Program-made: the position numbers and the translations under genes | Notes under the pieces: generated by a model | Database searches by the model: none | Seen by the model: the letters and a program-made list of their open reading frames with translations, nothing else | What the model was told of the DNA's origin: nothing | Source of the DNA: Phoronis australis | Lineage: Eukaryota; Animalia; Phoronida | Direction of reading: 5' to 3' | Length of the DNA: 64,000 bases | NCBI GenBank assembly: GCA_002633005.1 | Contig: NMRA01000221.1 | Location: 1 to 64,000, forward strand | Part shown: in pieces, positions 50,101-62,660 of the stretch | How the letters are laid out: the number at the start of each line of letters is the position of its first letter | Position numbering within the stretch: the stretch's first letter is position 1

Positions 50101-52237
50101 ACCCTGCCTATTATTGTTTTTGATGGTTACTGAGATGGACCATCAACTAAAGATGTCTCTCATGTTCGAAGACTGGGTGGGGTGGTTGGAACTGACGTTC
50201 ACTTCAATGGTGACATGGTGATCAAGTAAAAAAGGAACATTTTTGGCAAAAAGCAAAAACAAACGATTCACTCACTTCTTGTCAAGTTTGCTAGGAAGTG
50301 CTGGTTGCACAGTGGTACAAGTTCAAGGTGAAGCAGAAGTTTTAATTGTAGAAACAGCAGTAGAGAACGCAGTATAAGATCCAACTACCCTTATTGCAGA
50401 CGATACAGACGTGTTGGTTCTTTTGCGTTACCATGCTACTTCACAACAAATTTCATATTCATGAAATATGACAAGAGACAACAAAGCAAGAGGAGAGTCT
50501 GGGACATTAAGGAACTATAGTTGTCTCTTGGTGCCGAAACTTGCACAGTTTTGCCATTTGCGCATGCAATAGGTGGTTGCAACACAACATTACAGCTGTT
50601 CGGTATTAGCAAAGGCTCTCCCATTCAAGAAACTGCGTGAACGAGAATTCTGCAAAAGCTCTAATAGTATTTACTAGACACATGCAGCTGAAGCAAGACA
50701 TATTTGAAGCTGGTAAGAGTTGTATCTGTGCTTCATGGCGGTACTGGCTCTGGAAATTGGGATGATTTGCGATCAGGCAATTTGTGGATGAGATGTCGGA
50801 CTAGACACAGCCCAAATACAGTCATTATCACTAACTTTTTCAGTAGCTAAACTCCATGCTGCCGGGACATATTATCAAGAGCAAGAGCGGTCAAGTTTCC
50901 GTGGCAGTGGCCTAGACTCGCTGTATTGGGGATGGATGTTGGCAGGTAAAAAATTCATTTCCACTACGACGGACCATTCAGCAGCACCAGTGAACCTGCT
51001 GAAAGTAGTGAGATTCTCGTGTAAGACCAACTGCAGTTCCAAGAGATGTACTTGCAAGAAGTTAGGATAGCCGTACTCGGTTGCATGTGGAGAATGCCGT
51101 GGTTTTAGCTGCAGCAATTCATTCTGAGTTGACAGAGATTAGTTGTGTAAATACTGGTTGATTGTGTATAGATTCACTAGCATTTACAACTAACTGGAAG
51201 TGACACAGACGGTGTGGATAATAGATCACTGAATTAATTGCAGATAGTTATTTTCAATACAGCACATTTTTTCACGAGGAGAATGATCCTTCAGTTCAGG
51301 CAAACCTTATGTTTTGACCCAAATAAATTATTCGTTAAACCATCTTGAAAATAGTAGTCGTAATCATCAAGAGCCAGACAAAAATGTTGTAATGGATGTG
51401 CTGACTTAAAAACTCAGGATATGGCGTGTCTCTGAAATCTGAAGTTCTTACCTGAAGCATCTATTTGGTGGCCATCTTAGAAAATGGTGGAAGTAATCAT
51501 TAGAGCCAAACGCAATGAGTCTAAATGGATTAGTCGACCCAGAAAACCTATGGTACTTCAAGCAAGACGACACACTAATCTGTTTGTGCGAAGTTGTGCG
51601 TTTCGAAATTGTTTGAAGGCCATCTTGGAGAATGGCTGGTGGTGTCACCACGGCCATGCAAAACTTTTCCAATGGATTTGTTGACCCAAAAAAGATAGGT
51701 GAACATTTTTGAATTTTTACTCTATCACATTCCACTCTCGAGTTATAATGATCATCTGCAAATCTGGCGGCCATTTTGTCCGCCATCTTGGAAATGGTGG
51801 AAGTATAATCATTAGTGCCAAATGCAATGAGTCTCAGTGGATTAGTCGACCCAGAAAACCTATGATGCGATGTTAGAAGCAAGACGACACACTAATCTGT
51901 TCGTGTGAAGTTGTGCGACTCAAGTAGATTTGGCGGCCATCTTGGAAAATGGCGGACGGTGTCACCACAGCCATGTAAAACCATTTCCAATGGATTTTTT
52001 GACCCACGAAACCTAGGTAAACCTTTTTGAATTTTTACTCTATCACATTCCACTCTTGAGTTATAGTGCGCATCAGAAAATCTGGCGGCCATTTTGACCG
52101 CCATCTTGAAAAACCAACTTCCGCCACTCCGATTCCGGTAGACTTTTTTCCCACTAAGGGGTGTGAATGGATACGATTTATGCAATAAAACCTTCTGTTG
52201 CAATTTTTTCCGGGTTATCCGTAGAATGAATGGACTA
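47167..52237 (+). mobile_element. Academ (AcademX-type) DNA transposon, decayed
   Basis: Long imperfect TIRs starting TAGTCCAGTCATTCTA / ending TAGAATGAATGGACTA with 3-bp TSD TAT. Broken ORF about 48280-51125 has LGRFH..MSFL, VDPRLLFQR, IIVFDGY, EAEVLIV, ADDTDVLVLL, HAIGGCNTT (XPG/PIN-like) and a terminal Cys-rich finger. An about 300-bp subterminal tandem duplication lies at 51480-52110. Confidence 0.85.
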
Positions 52238-52559
52238 TATTAACTGAGATGCCCCTTTCTCGAAATTCTAACCACAACCCCCGAAATGCTGGCTCCGGTT
52301 CTGTGATCAGTCATTACTTGAAAATCTTGTCACTGAGTCACTCGAGTACTCCACATTATGTGAGCGAAATTCTGAAAGCAAGTCAAATACATGTATATTG
52401 TACACTGTTGAAACTTTAGCACTCACAAACAAGATTAATCCTAAGACATTCATGGATGATGTCGTACAGTGGAGTTCGTTACCAGTAGACGACACGTTCT
52501 AATGGAACCCACACAGAGGTCCTTCAAATTACCACCGTTGGGATGGTCTATTTGAAAAA

Positions 52560-53830
52560 CCAAAGAGATATTTCAAAAACCAGGACCGACGTTGATCCAA
52601 ACCAGTGTTTCAGTACAGGAAAATAAATGGAGTAATGTACAACCAAGAGTATTTAACTTATTTCTCAAAGACTGGATGGGCCTACTGTTTTGTTTGTAAG
52701 CTTTTTTCAGCAACCAAAAACCTCACTTGCCAAAACGGCTTATTTGATTGGCACCGGAAATCCAGCTACCAGTTGAAATATTTAAGAAGTTATATCCATC
52801 CGGAGTCAACGACGTGACCGGCGAACTACAGCATCTCCATGCTTAGGTGCAGCCAAACAACCCTGTCTGCGCTGGACATAAAAATGTCAAGTACTTGATG
52901 AATCCATTAATCTGCAAAAATAACAAATGTGGAATCTGTGTTGAGAATATATGTCTCATGGTCGGCCCCAACTGCTCGACTGGAGAAAGGTCATTTTCAC
53001 GCATTAAAGGGAAAGGCAACACTTTTCATGTCATTTTAGTGAAAAATACAGTTCGTTATCATCTCAGACATATTTTTCAGTTCATTACACCTTCCTGTAA
53101 AAATAATAAAGTAGTTATGCCATATTCCGGAAGTGACGTTTAGGGGGTTTAGAATGTCCCGCCATTTTGTTTCTGCGTTAGAGTTCACGGTGAGGAACTG
53201 TTCTACTGTTGTTTTTGTGCTGGTTCCCTAAAATTAGTGTCACCATTTCCATCGACGACTACTCTACGACAAGCTAGGATGTTAGAGTTCTCAATTACGT
53301 TGGATTTAGGGATCATTTAGTATATAGCAGCCTGAAAATGGCTGGAGTTAGCGAACCCATATCACAGTGATGTGAGTGACAGACATATTGTTCGAAGCAG
53401 TAGTGACGAGGAATTTCTTCACGAACAGTGAGTGGATGGATATATGCTTGAGCCCGAGTATAGTGAGGCAAAATACGCAGTCATACTGGATGGTGACCTG
53501 AGCACCCAAACAGCATGCGACAACACCAGCACAGGGCGAATCACTGCTAGTTTCCGGAATTGCAAGTTCTCGGATACGGTTGCAAGCACAGCCTGCAGTA
53601 TATCTAGGATAATCAACGAACCATAATGTATTTTTACTTAGAATGAACTGAAAATAGGTTGCTTTCTCCTTTAAAGAAATATAAAGTGTACTGAGATCAA
53701 CGATGTCGCAAGCAAAAGTATTATGTGTATAGAAAGAGCAAAGCTAATACGTCATGATAAAATGGAAGAGTTTGCCAGTGTAAAATAAAAAAAAACTTCG
53801 CAATGTCACAAGAAGAGCAAATTAACTAAC
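52560..53830 (+). mobile_element. Internally deleted hAT (ZMYM1/Tip100-like) transposase remnant
   Basis: TTF-type finger YLTYFSKTGWAYCFVCKLF (ORF 52605..52817) and dimerisation-domain motif CSTGERSFSRIK, resuming after 53674 as ...IE...EEFASVK; boundaries approximate. Confidence 0.65.
53008..53670 (+). mobile_element. Kolobok-type non-autonomous element nested in the hAT remnant
   Basis: TTAA TSD (53004-53007, 53671-53674); imperfect TIR AGGGAAAGGCAAC / GTTGCTTTCTCCT; internal GYMLEPEYS remnant. Confidence 0.65.
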
Positions 53831-54399
53831 CGCACCATATTGAACGCTTAAGTAAGGTTTTAAATTCGGATAAATGCATACTATATTGTAGTGAGAGCTT
53901 TGCCGGTACGAGCAATTGATTATTTCAAATTTCGAGTTATTCAATTTATTTCGTTTGTAACTGTCTTTAAACACTTGATGAAACTGTGCTCAACCGCCAT
54001 CTTTAGTTGGTCTCCTACTGTCCTTAATGGTTTCGTCCCTAAACCAAGCTATCTCTAGTAGGCAGGGCAACAGAGCTAATCAGGCTCTGTCTGACGGTTG
54101 GTGGTGGTATTGCTGCTGATATTTCATCCAAAACCAACTAGATGCCTGTTCAGCTTCAGTGGCTACGTCGGGTAAGAGAGCCTTCTTTCCTGACACAAAG
54201 ACGCCAAGAGGCCTCGCCATTGTATGACTGGAGTGGCCGGAAAACCCCAGTCGTTAATGTGACAGTCATTCCTCATGTCTGCAGACATCAAATTCTTCTG
54301 TTCACCTGGCTCTTCCACCATACTCTCCAACTGGATGGTGAGTTTGATCAGGATGACCTGTTGGGAACTGTCCTAGTAAAGGACCAGACCAGGGCGCTG

Positions 54400-55400
54400 A
54401 GTCGTGTGGAAAATTTGCTGTGGGAATAATGACTGGTGACCGGCAAGTTCGGCCCACACTTTTCAGTCGTTGGCTATGTGAAGGATGCTTGATGGTCTTC
54501 TTGATTTGTATGCTTTATAATTTTCAATGGGGCACCTCGACGGATCAGATGTACGGGAGAGAACTTTTAGGTAAAACGGTTTGCTGTGGGTACCAGTGCC
54601 AAACCTCCTTTTTGTTTCCCTGCAATTGACCTGCAGGTACATATTACCAGATTTGTCGTTTAGCATCTGTATCTTGGTCCATTGTAGATGAATACTTGCG
54701 TGTGTAGTGGCGGATTTAGGGGGAACAAGGGGGCCACGAACCCCCTAAAATTCTCCCAGCTTCCATTTGGCAGTTCGGGGGTGCGAATGCCTGACGGGCA
54801 AAATCCTGGCTAATACTCTGCCTTGCCCTCACTTAACTCAAAATTATGGATCTGCCATTGGTGTGATCTTCGGAAACTAAACAGTTTGGTTGAGGAGTGC
54901 ATACGGCAAATATGTGCCGAGCTGTGCAGTTACCCACAACATCTCTTCCTCGTTATCAGTAAGTACGTTGACTATGTTGCTCCGATTTCCTTTTTTTGCC
55001 AATGCAGGTCACGCCGACGAACAAAAAGCACGCCTTTCGAAAGTCTGAATGTTGTCAAGGTAGGTGGTCAGTTTCTTTTCAATGTCAATCACTGGTAAGA
55101 TGTCAGTTTGTCCGACTCTTGTGGTATCTGTCACGGTTCGCTAATGCTATAAAAAATGCTCGTTACGGGGGTGTCTAACTTATGTGGAGATACAGTGTAA
55201 GTCCAACAAATTTCCATTTTCATTGTTTTCACCTGCAGTACCCAACCAGGCAAATGTTTCAGCTGCACTTGCGGTTTTCTTGACAGTGTCAATGCATTTC
55301 CCTCACTTCAAGAATCATCATTTCAAGTTTCTCGCGTGACTTCTTCGGCTGACCTTCTCGTTCGGTATAAATTAATCTACCTGAATAAACATGGCTGCCA
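54400..55400 (-). mobile_element. Crypton/DUF3504-type tyrosine-recombinase remnant
   Basis: Broken minus-strand frames FRLSKGVLFVRRRDL..KGNRSN..LTDNEEEMLW..QLG..P.AL and SGNMYLQVNCRETKRRFG..DPSRCPIENYKAYKSRRP; interrupted by the MITE at 54705-54860. Confidence 0.7.
54705..54860 (+). mobile_element. MITE, CAGTGGCGGAT family, 5-bp TSD
   Basis: (T)AGTGGCGGAT...ATCTGCCATTG flanked by GTGTG on both sides. Confidence 0.75.
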
Positions 55401-57080
55401 AATGGCGTATTAATACATGGGAATAGCAAATTTCGCAAGAAAAGGGCACTTGTTTTATGATGAATACGTCCATTGCAACTATCTCTATATTAAAAAAGCC
55501 TCGAAATACTTCGACTTACTCTGGAATTCAATTATTGGGTGATTCGTCTGAGTTTACACCTTCGACACTGAAAAAGTACGTGCTCTAAAAATTAGGTCAA
55601 CCAAAAATTGTCAGGCGATTCCGACGTGTGCATGCTCGGCACTGAATGACAAGCCGTACATAGAAAAGTGTAGGTCCGCTGCAAAATCTTTCATGTAGAG
55701 CATCTTGTATTTCTGTTCTATGCCAACAAGGCAGGTATTTTGCTCTTAAAAGTCCGAGAAAAATGTTTCAGTTTTGAGGAATAAATTTGCGAGATTAACG
55801 TAGATTTTAGTCAAGGTAAGTGTAAATTTCAACAACGCTGTCAGAAGACGTCTACAGCACGATGTCCCCGGCGACCAATGCCACCAGCGACGACTGTAAC
55901 AGTTACTCCGTGAACTCGAAATATACGAGTGAAACGTTCGAAAAGCGATTAGAAAAGGTAGGAATACACATTAGAACGTACCATGCGACACAGGTCATGC
56001 GTCATTGGCTCAAATTTTTATCCGAAAAAGTCAACCTAGATTAAAATGATTGACAATTTTCTTTGGGGAGCGGAATATAAAAATATGGACCGGCGTTTCT
56101 AATACCCGACAGAATCCCTGACTAAAGATAATGCAACTTGATGAAGCGCCTTGTCTGGCCCGTTTCACATCATTTTTATCAAGAACTCATTCCACGTGGT
56201 CTGATAGACATACGTCATCTGTGGTACTAATTCGTTTCATCTTAGGTAATGATCTCACGGCTAAACTTTTTTTTATTTTCTCTCCCCATTACCACAAATC
56301 TATGCCCATAACCATTCCAATACTGAGCGATGTGAGTACTCCTGTGTCGTCGACTGGTAATCCAGGGGTCATTTGTATCCGTGAAATACATTTGTGCTGC
56401 AATATACATAAGCACAAAATTAAATTTCTTTATCTTGTGCACACACTTAAGTAACACAGAAATTTCAAAAATATTTTTGGCGTTGTTAATTGGAGATTTG
56501 CCTTCAGGCCCTGTTCTATGACGGAATAACATTCCACCAAGAGGTAACACAGTAGGTAGCAAGTTTATTTTAGATTACCAATGTCAGGTGACAACATTCG
56601 TGTTCATGACAAAACAGTGACATCTGGAGAAGAACCAGATTCGTAAATTCTAAGAAATCATCAGTTCATACGTTAAACCAGCACCAAAGTTGACAAACAG
56701 ACGACGTTATAACTTGTAATGAATCCTCCACTTCTTCGTATGTCGTTGCATGGATTTTTATCGCTTCCTCGTCATGGAGAAGCGGCCAAAACTACAAAGA
56801 TAAATGCACTTTAGTACGTGTACATGTGAGGTTCGTTTGAGTTCTTGGGATAACTTTGTTTTGGAGATCCTCAAAATCATATTTCAAAATCTATGATGAT
56901 AACACAATCTAACATTATATGCCCTAAGACAATGTTCAGATCTTGGTAATCATGTTAGTGTGTTTCTCTCAAAAATCTTAATTTGTCACGGAGATAGCCG
57001 CAATTATGAGCAAAACACGTGATCACAATACATGCAGCTTTCTTAGCGTCAACGAAACTCTAGCCAAGCTCCAGTCACCA

Positions 57081-59115
57081 TCAGCACGCTGACGTTAGGT
57101 TGTAACTAGTACAGATGTCCTATGAAAATGCTTTATGTTAGTTCAATGACTTCATGCTCAGTGAAATACGTATATGCCAATGGTTGCGTCCCAACGACTT
57201 ACGTACAGAAGGGCAAAATCTCATCTCGTTGAGCTTCGTGTGAGTATAGGGCTGAACGTAATTGTCTCACTACCTTAAACTACAATTTATGGACAAATAC
57301 TAAGCATCTACGCTGTACTTTCATACTCACTGTCATCATCATCATCTTCATCATCGAGTTCTCGTAAGACGTCGCCGTTCTCATCTCTTTTACTCAGCGC
57401 TATTCTCATTTCTTGCGTTTGGTACACGCCGTCACCTGCATGCAGATATCACATAATAATACACGAAAACTATAAATCTACCGTACGGAGATTCAGTATA
57501 AAAAAGCATAAAAGCCTATATTCGGGAATTTTTCTAAAATGACAACATGCCGTTGGACATTTGAAATGTCCAATAACGTCCAGTTGCATACAAAGATCCC
57601 AATCACCTCTGGTTCGCACATCTGCAAATAATCAACTTAACATATTTTTACTGCTGGTGAAAATTCCCTTTAACGTGTCCAATATTTGGCCTCCAAAATG
57701 GCCACGAGGGTCACATTTCGGTCAATAACTCGATAGGTAACCTATCTTGTTCATTTCCTTTTCTATGCTGCCGTTACATCGTGTTAGTTTTCTCATTTTG
57801 GTAACTCTTTTGGGTTTTAGAATTAAATAGTATGTTTTAAAGCAATCATGTGCATTGTATGCAAGATGATAATTCTAAGTTCCAAGTCCCTCGGCCACGG
57901 TGATGTCACCAATAAAAATAGCATTTCATCTGTCATTCCCTCTTTCTCAGGGCATAGAACTCTAGCCCTGGACTGAAAACTCCTGCAGTTTACCATTGTA
58001 TTCTGTTATTAGAGCTTGCAAGTACGAGACTAGCCGCAAAAAGTTCGCACACTAAATTTTCGACTGTCTGCTCGTCTTAGTTTTGATCTGGCGTTGTAGT
58101 TATGAATTCAAGCCTAATTTCATTGCTGCATTTTCATTTTGACATTTTTGTTCATAAGGCGAGACTCTTGAGGCATGGTTCTAGACAAGCAGGGATTTCC
58201 CTGGATGGAAACCGTAAAAGTCTAGCCTAATATATCTCTTCATTTGTGGTCTTAGAACCACTGTCGACAACCTATCAAACTGCCCACTAGGAGTTTTTCA
58301 ACAAAACGTATTCGTGTGTTAAAATCATATTACAGTATTTTACGGGAAGAAATGACATTTGGTTTCTAAAAGTTTGTTTTGCTATTATAAATGAAAAGTT
58401 TACGTGGCTTTCGAAAAACTAGTGTTTGCGTAGCTAAGTGTGTCTGTGACTGTGTGTCTGTGTATGTGTGTTTGTGTGTGTGCGTAGGTTTTTTGAGGCA
58501 CCCTCAATTACCCATTCGACGGGCGCTTTTGAGAGCAACGTCTCAGGTTAGACAAAACTGCTGTCGGGACATTCCGTATGTTGCCGGGAACATTTCACCC
58601 TTGCGGTTTGGCATAGAGCCAGATCACCCGCTTTCTTTTCGGAAGTACCGCGTATTAGTCCAGTTGTCGCGTTTTTTCATTTTCGAACGTTGACAACTGT
58701 GGAACAGGTACTCATTTGTCTCTATGTTTTAATGAATATTGTTATTTTCCAGATTCCACTTTCTTTAATTCCAATTTTAATTGTTAAAACAATCGTACAA
58801 ATATTTTCCAATGTTTCTTGTTTACGGTAACTCACACTGCATGTGAAGGGACGACCAATTTATGCTTTCGGAAGAAATGCGTTTATTTACAAAGTACTAT
58901 GGAAAGTCCTATACTGTAAGCTATGTAATGATTTATCCACAGTACATTTCAAACTTAAACGATAAATATTTACTCACTTCGATCTCAAAAATCGTTTCAG
59001 TGCAAATTTCGGACAGGGAGTTAGAGTAATTATCTTATCACACTTTTGTTGATGTTCCTGTATTATGAATTTTCAAAGATTGAATTGCATCAAACAGCCC
59101 CAAAGGTTCCATTTA

Positions 59116-59151
<36 letters not shown>

Positions 59152-59264
59152 GTATATGTTCATATGTGTGTGCATGTATGTATGTACTGTATAGGTGGAT
59201 GTGTATATATATATATATATATATGTATATGTATATTTATATATGTGTGTGTGTATGTATGTAC

Positions 59265-59329
<65 letters not shown>

Positions 59330-59877
59330 GATGGAACCCTCGCAGTTGGTGTGAAGAATTTAGTCACGAACATCATCCAATATATATATACATGTATATA
59401 GATTTTGGATGAATGTCCGTGACTAAATTCTTCACACCAACTGTGAGAGTTCCATCTTCTAAAATCGTTGTCTTTATATGGGACGAAATCTTTTAAATCA
59501 AATCATTCAAGTCATTTCCCTGCTGGTTGAGTTGGCTATTTGTATAACTTTTATGGTTCATTTCGTTTTTATGTTACTAGTACATTCTGTTATTTTCGAA
59601 TTTTGAGAACGTTCTTGTTATAAAGGAAATGAAGCCTGTCAGGTATGCGGAATGTTTGTTTATGAATTGAATTATTTATCGTTTGCTTCTGCTATAATCA
59701 TACACCATCAATAACTGGTGAAGGGCTAGTGGTATGACTCTAATGCAATTCGGTTGAGAAGCAGCATTTATTGTATCACTGATTAATTTAGGATTCAGAA
59801 ATTTTACCATTCAGGTCCAGTTCTTTTAATTCATCATCACTTAAACCCAATGTTCTTTTAGCCAGCGTCTCATCAAC
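57081..59877 (-). CDS. Gene B: partial paralogue of gene A (5' exons not found, probably beyond the window end)
   Basis: Exons 59877-59808 ([23 protein letters not shown]) and 57435-57331 ([35 protein letters not shown]) have intact GT-AG sites. The homologue of the last exon starts at 57088 (TC* if spliced directly). Confidence 0.7.
59118..59326. repeat. Compound (TA)n/(TATG)n microsatellite
   Basis: Directly visible; source of the YIYI ORFs. Confidence 0.95.
59325..59461. repeat. Inverted repeat (about 56-bp arms) with TA-rich spacer
   Basis: 59325-59380 is nearly the reverse complement of 59405-59461. Confidence 0.8.
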
Positions 59878-60946
59878 CTGAAATAGCGAAATTATAATCG
59901 ATTAAGCACTCGTCACAAGGTGAATGAATTGTCCCCAAAGATGAGATATATGCTACTTTTTAAGATTAAAATTTTGTATGATTATAATCATGATTGTAAT
60001 GATAAACCAGATGAACGCCTTTACAACACTTCATTTCTGTTGTGTCTGTGTAAACTGCTTACTGAAAATTGAAGCTCCCAAAATTTCCACACCAGAAAAT
60101 TGCGCTTTAAAAATTAAGTTAATTCATTGTATGATGTGATGTAGGTTCAACACATCTTGCCATGACCTTGAAAATCAGGACAAGGTCGCCAAGTTCGACT
60201 TGCAATAACAGATGCCTCACCTAGAACAAAGTGTAACACTACCTTCATGGTATATAGCACTCGCTGCTGAAAGAACGCTGCTGAACAAATTTCTTGGCAG
60301 TGTTTTGTTTCGCCGTCGACAGATGTATTCCGAAGAGCAGTGTGTTTTCAAATTTGGAAAAGCGCATAAAATCGAGCATAAAAATATGCCGATTGTGGAA
60401 TCCACTGGACTTGATTCAACAAGGGTGTAGATAACGTTCAATAACTGCATGACCTCAACATCAAACTTAAAATCTCCAAAATTTGAGGATTCTGCCTCAT
60501 TGAAAGAAACATTAACAAAGGTATGTGGCCTCTCTCGTCAGAATCACCCGGACAACTGACATTTCCTTTCAATGTACTTCCGATGATTTTTTGCTGAAAC
60601 TATAACCACAAAAGCAAAAGAAGCCCTTTGGAAAATTTAGTTGTTAAACGATTCCCATTCATCAATTACTAAAAACCCATTCCTTTCAACCGAGCTTCTT
60701 TCAGATACCTGGGTACTGTTTTTTGACTGTAGTCTAGTTTATTTTGGCCTATAATCCAAGGTATTTTTGTTGATAGTGAGGTTTACAATGCGCTTATACA
60801 TGTATTTGGCAAAAGCGCATACTCGTTATCCAGAAATCGTTGATCTGCGCATTTCCAAATCAGTCTCCGAATTTTTGAGGGCCAAGACGGAGAACGATCG
60901 AAATATTTTCATTTTCCCGGGCCTTGCTTTCTTGTCAACACGAAAG

Positions 60947-61206
60947 GCATGCGCGCACCCAGGAGGAGCTCAGGGAGCTCAAATGAGCCCCCTATTTGGC
61001 AAATTAGACAAATAAGATCGCCTCAGAAAAACAAAAATTTCGAGAAAACGAGACAAAAGTCCATCAAAAAGGCAAGAATTCGGTGAATGCACAATTCATA
61101 GCTCTGAATGAACCCCGTTTTCCTTTTTTAGTGTCCTTTTTTAATAAAAGGTCCACATTTTCAAAAATTCGAGTCCGCCTACATTGTAGGCTGGGTGCGC
61201 GCATGC
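60947..61206. mobile_element. MITE with 16-bp TIR
   Basis: GCATGCGCGCACCCAG...CTGGGTGCGCGCATGC; TSD degenerate. Confidence 0.7.
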
Positions 61207-62660
61207 AAAAGCAAGAGGATCAGTAGTTTTCCAACTGCGGGTTCCCGGCCCGAGGTGTGGGACGTTGGCACTATGATCGCTGCACTGAAATATCGTCACC
61301 AAAATAACGGGGATGTTGGTGTAGCCTAATTAGTTAGTGCACACGTTTTCACGAACAGCTCAACATGAAAATTATAGTAGTACACGTTTTTAACCCTCAT
61401 TAAATGGTTAGAAAAACTTATAAGCAACCACTACTCAAATCGTAGTCGAAGAAATGTTAAATAAACGCGCCACTCATGATTCCTACTCGAAGAACACACC
61501 GCCATTTTGAGCTAACCCCGAAACCGGAAGTATAATTCATTCAAGAGCCAAGACTTACATGTATAAAGCCGGCTGTGGGACTGGGGCTGTCACTATTACC
61601 AAACAGCAGACATAGATAAAGTAATCGACAGCAGACGTTAATTTAGATAAACCAATGATAGGGACAATCTGTATTGAAATTTCTGAGAAAATGGGGATAA
61701 TAAATTTTGTCGGATTTTTTGCATGAATCGGACCACCAGCTGATGTCCCGGTGCGGACCGAGACCAGGATTGGCGAAAGGTGAAGGCAGGCAGTCGTCGG
61801 GTGTCCTATCAGAATAAATGGTTCAAATTATAAATGTTGTATCAATACAACGATATTTTCAGCCGCTGAAATATAATTACGGACTAGTTACAATCATGTA
61901 CCGACAACTGAATAACAAGGCCACCCGTGGCGGGCTATGCTAAACGTGTTAAACTGGGTGTAATTAACTCTGGTAAACAAGCAGTATAAACATAACAACG
62001 AACATGCAATATCAAAAAATATATATAGATTACATGGCGAAGTCGTTATCCCCCGTTATCTAGAGCCCGAGTGGATTTTGGAGAATTACCGCCCGAGAAA
62101 CATTGCAATGAATCGATTTACCTTTTCTGACTCTCCTCGGCTTGGTAACTACTTTCTATGTCACAGGCCCGGGGACGGAGGTCTTGACCTTTTAAGATAA
62201 GCCGGGCTATTTTTGTCAAATAATGCTTTTACTCAAAACCAATTGAAAACTTAAATATAATAGAAATAAATTGAATTTATAAATTATGGTTTACTAACTA
62301 TTATAGCTTAAAACACGTGTTTTTCACGCTAAGCTTCGACCGGGAAATTATCTTCTGCTAAAGTAGGTTACCACTGGTAACTGAATATAATTCTCAAGTC
62401 AAAGATCCTGACGACACGATACCCGCATTCAAACTGGAGATCGGTGATTTACAGTGTACAAGTAACAGGACATGAGAGAAAAATTTCACTGAATCAAGAT
62501 ATCATTTTTATGGAAATTATGTATCTTATTTTTCGTAGCATATAAGTACAGTACAATGCGGTTTGTTGAACATGCGATTATTGCGCGTGCTCATTTAAGT
62601 ATTCTATTTTCACTCTTGATGACGTCAGTCGCTGCATGGTGTAGTGGTAAAGTCGGCGAC

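Noticed and set aside
59046-59412. Overlapping YIYI-rich ORFs
   Set aside because: Artefact of the (TA)n microsatellite.
62122-62155. Candidate upstream exon of gene B (KVVTKPRRVRK)
   Set aside because: Its exit phase does not match the phase-0 acceptor at 59877 and it has no similarity to gene A exon 2.
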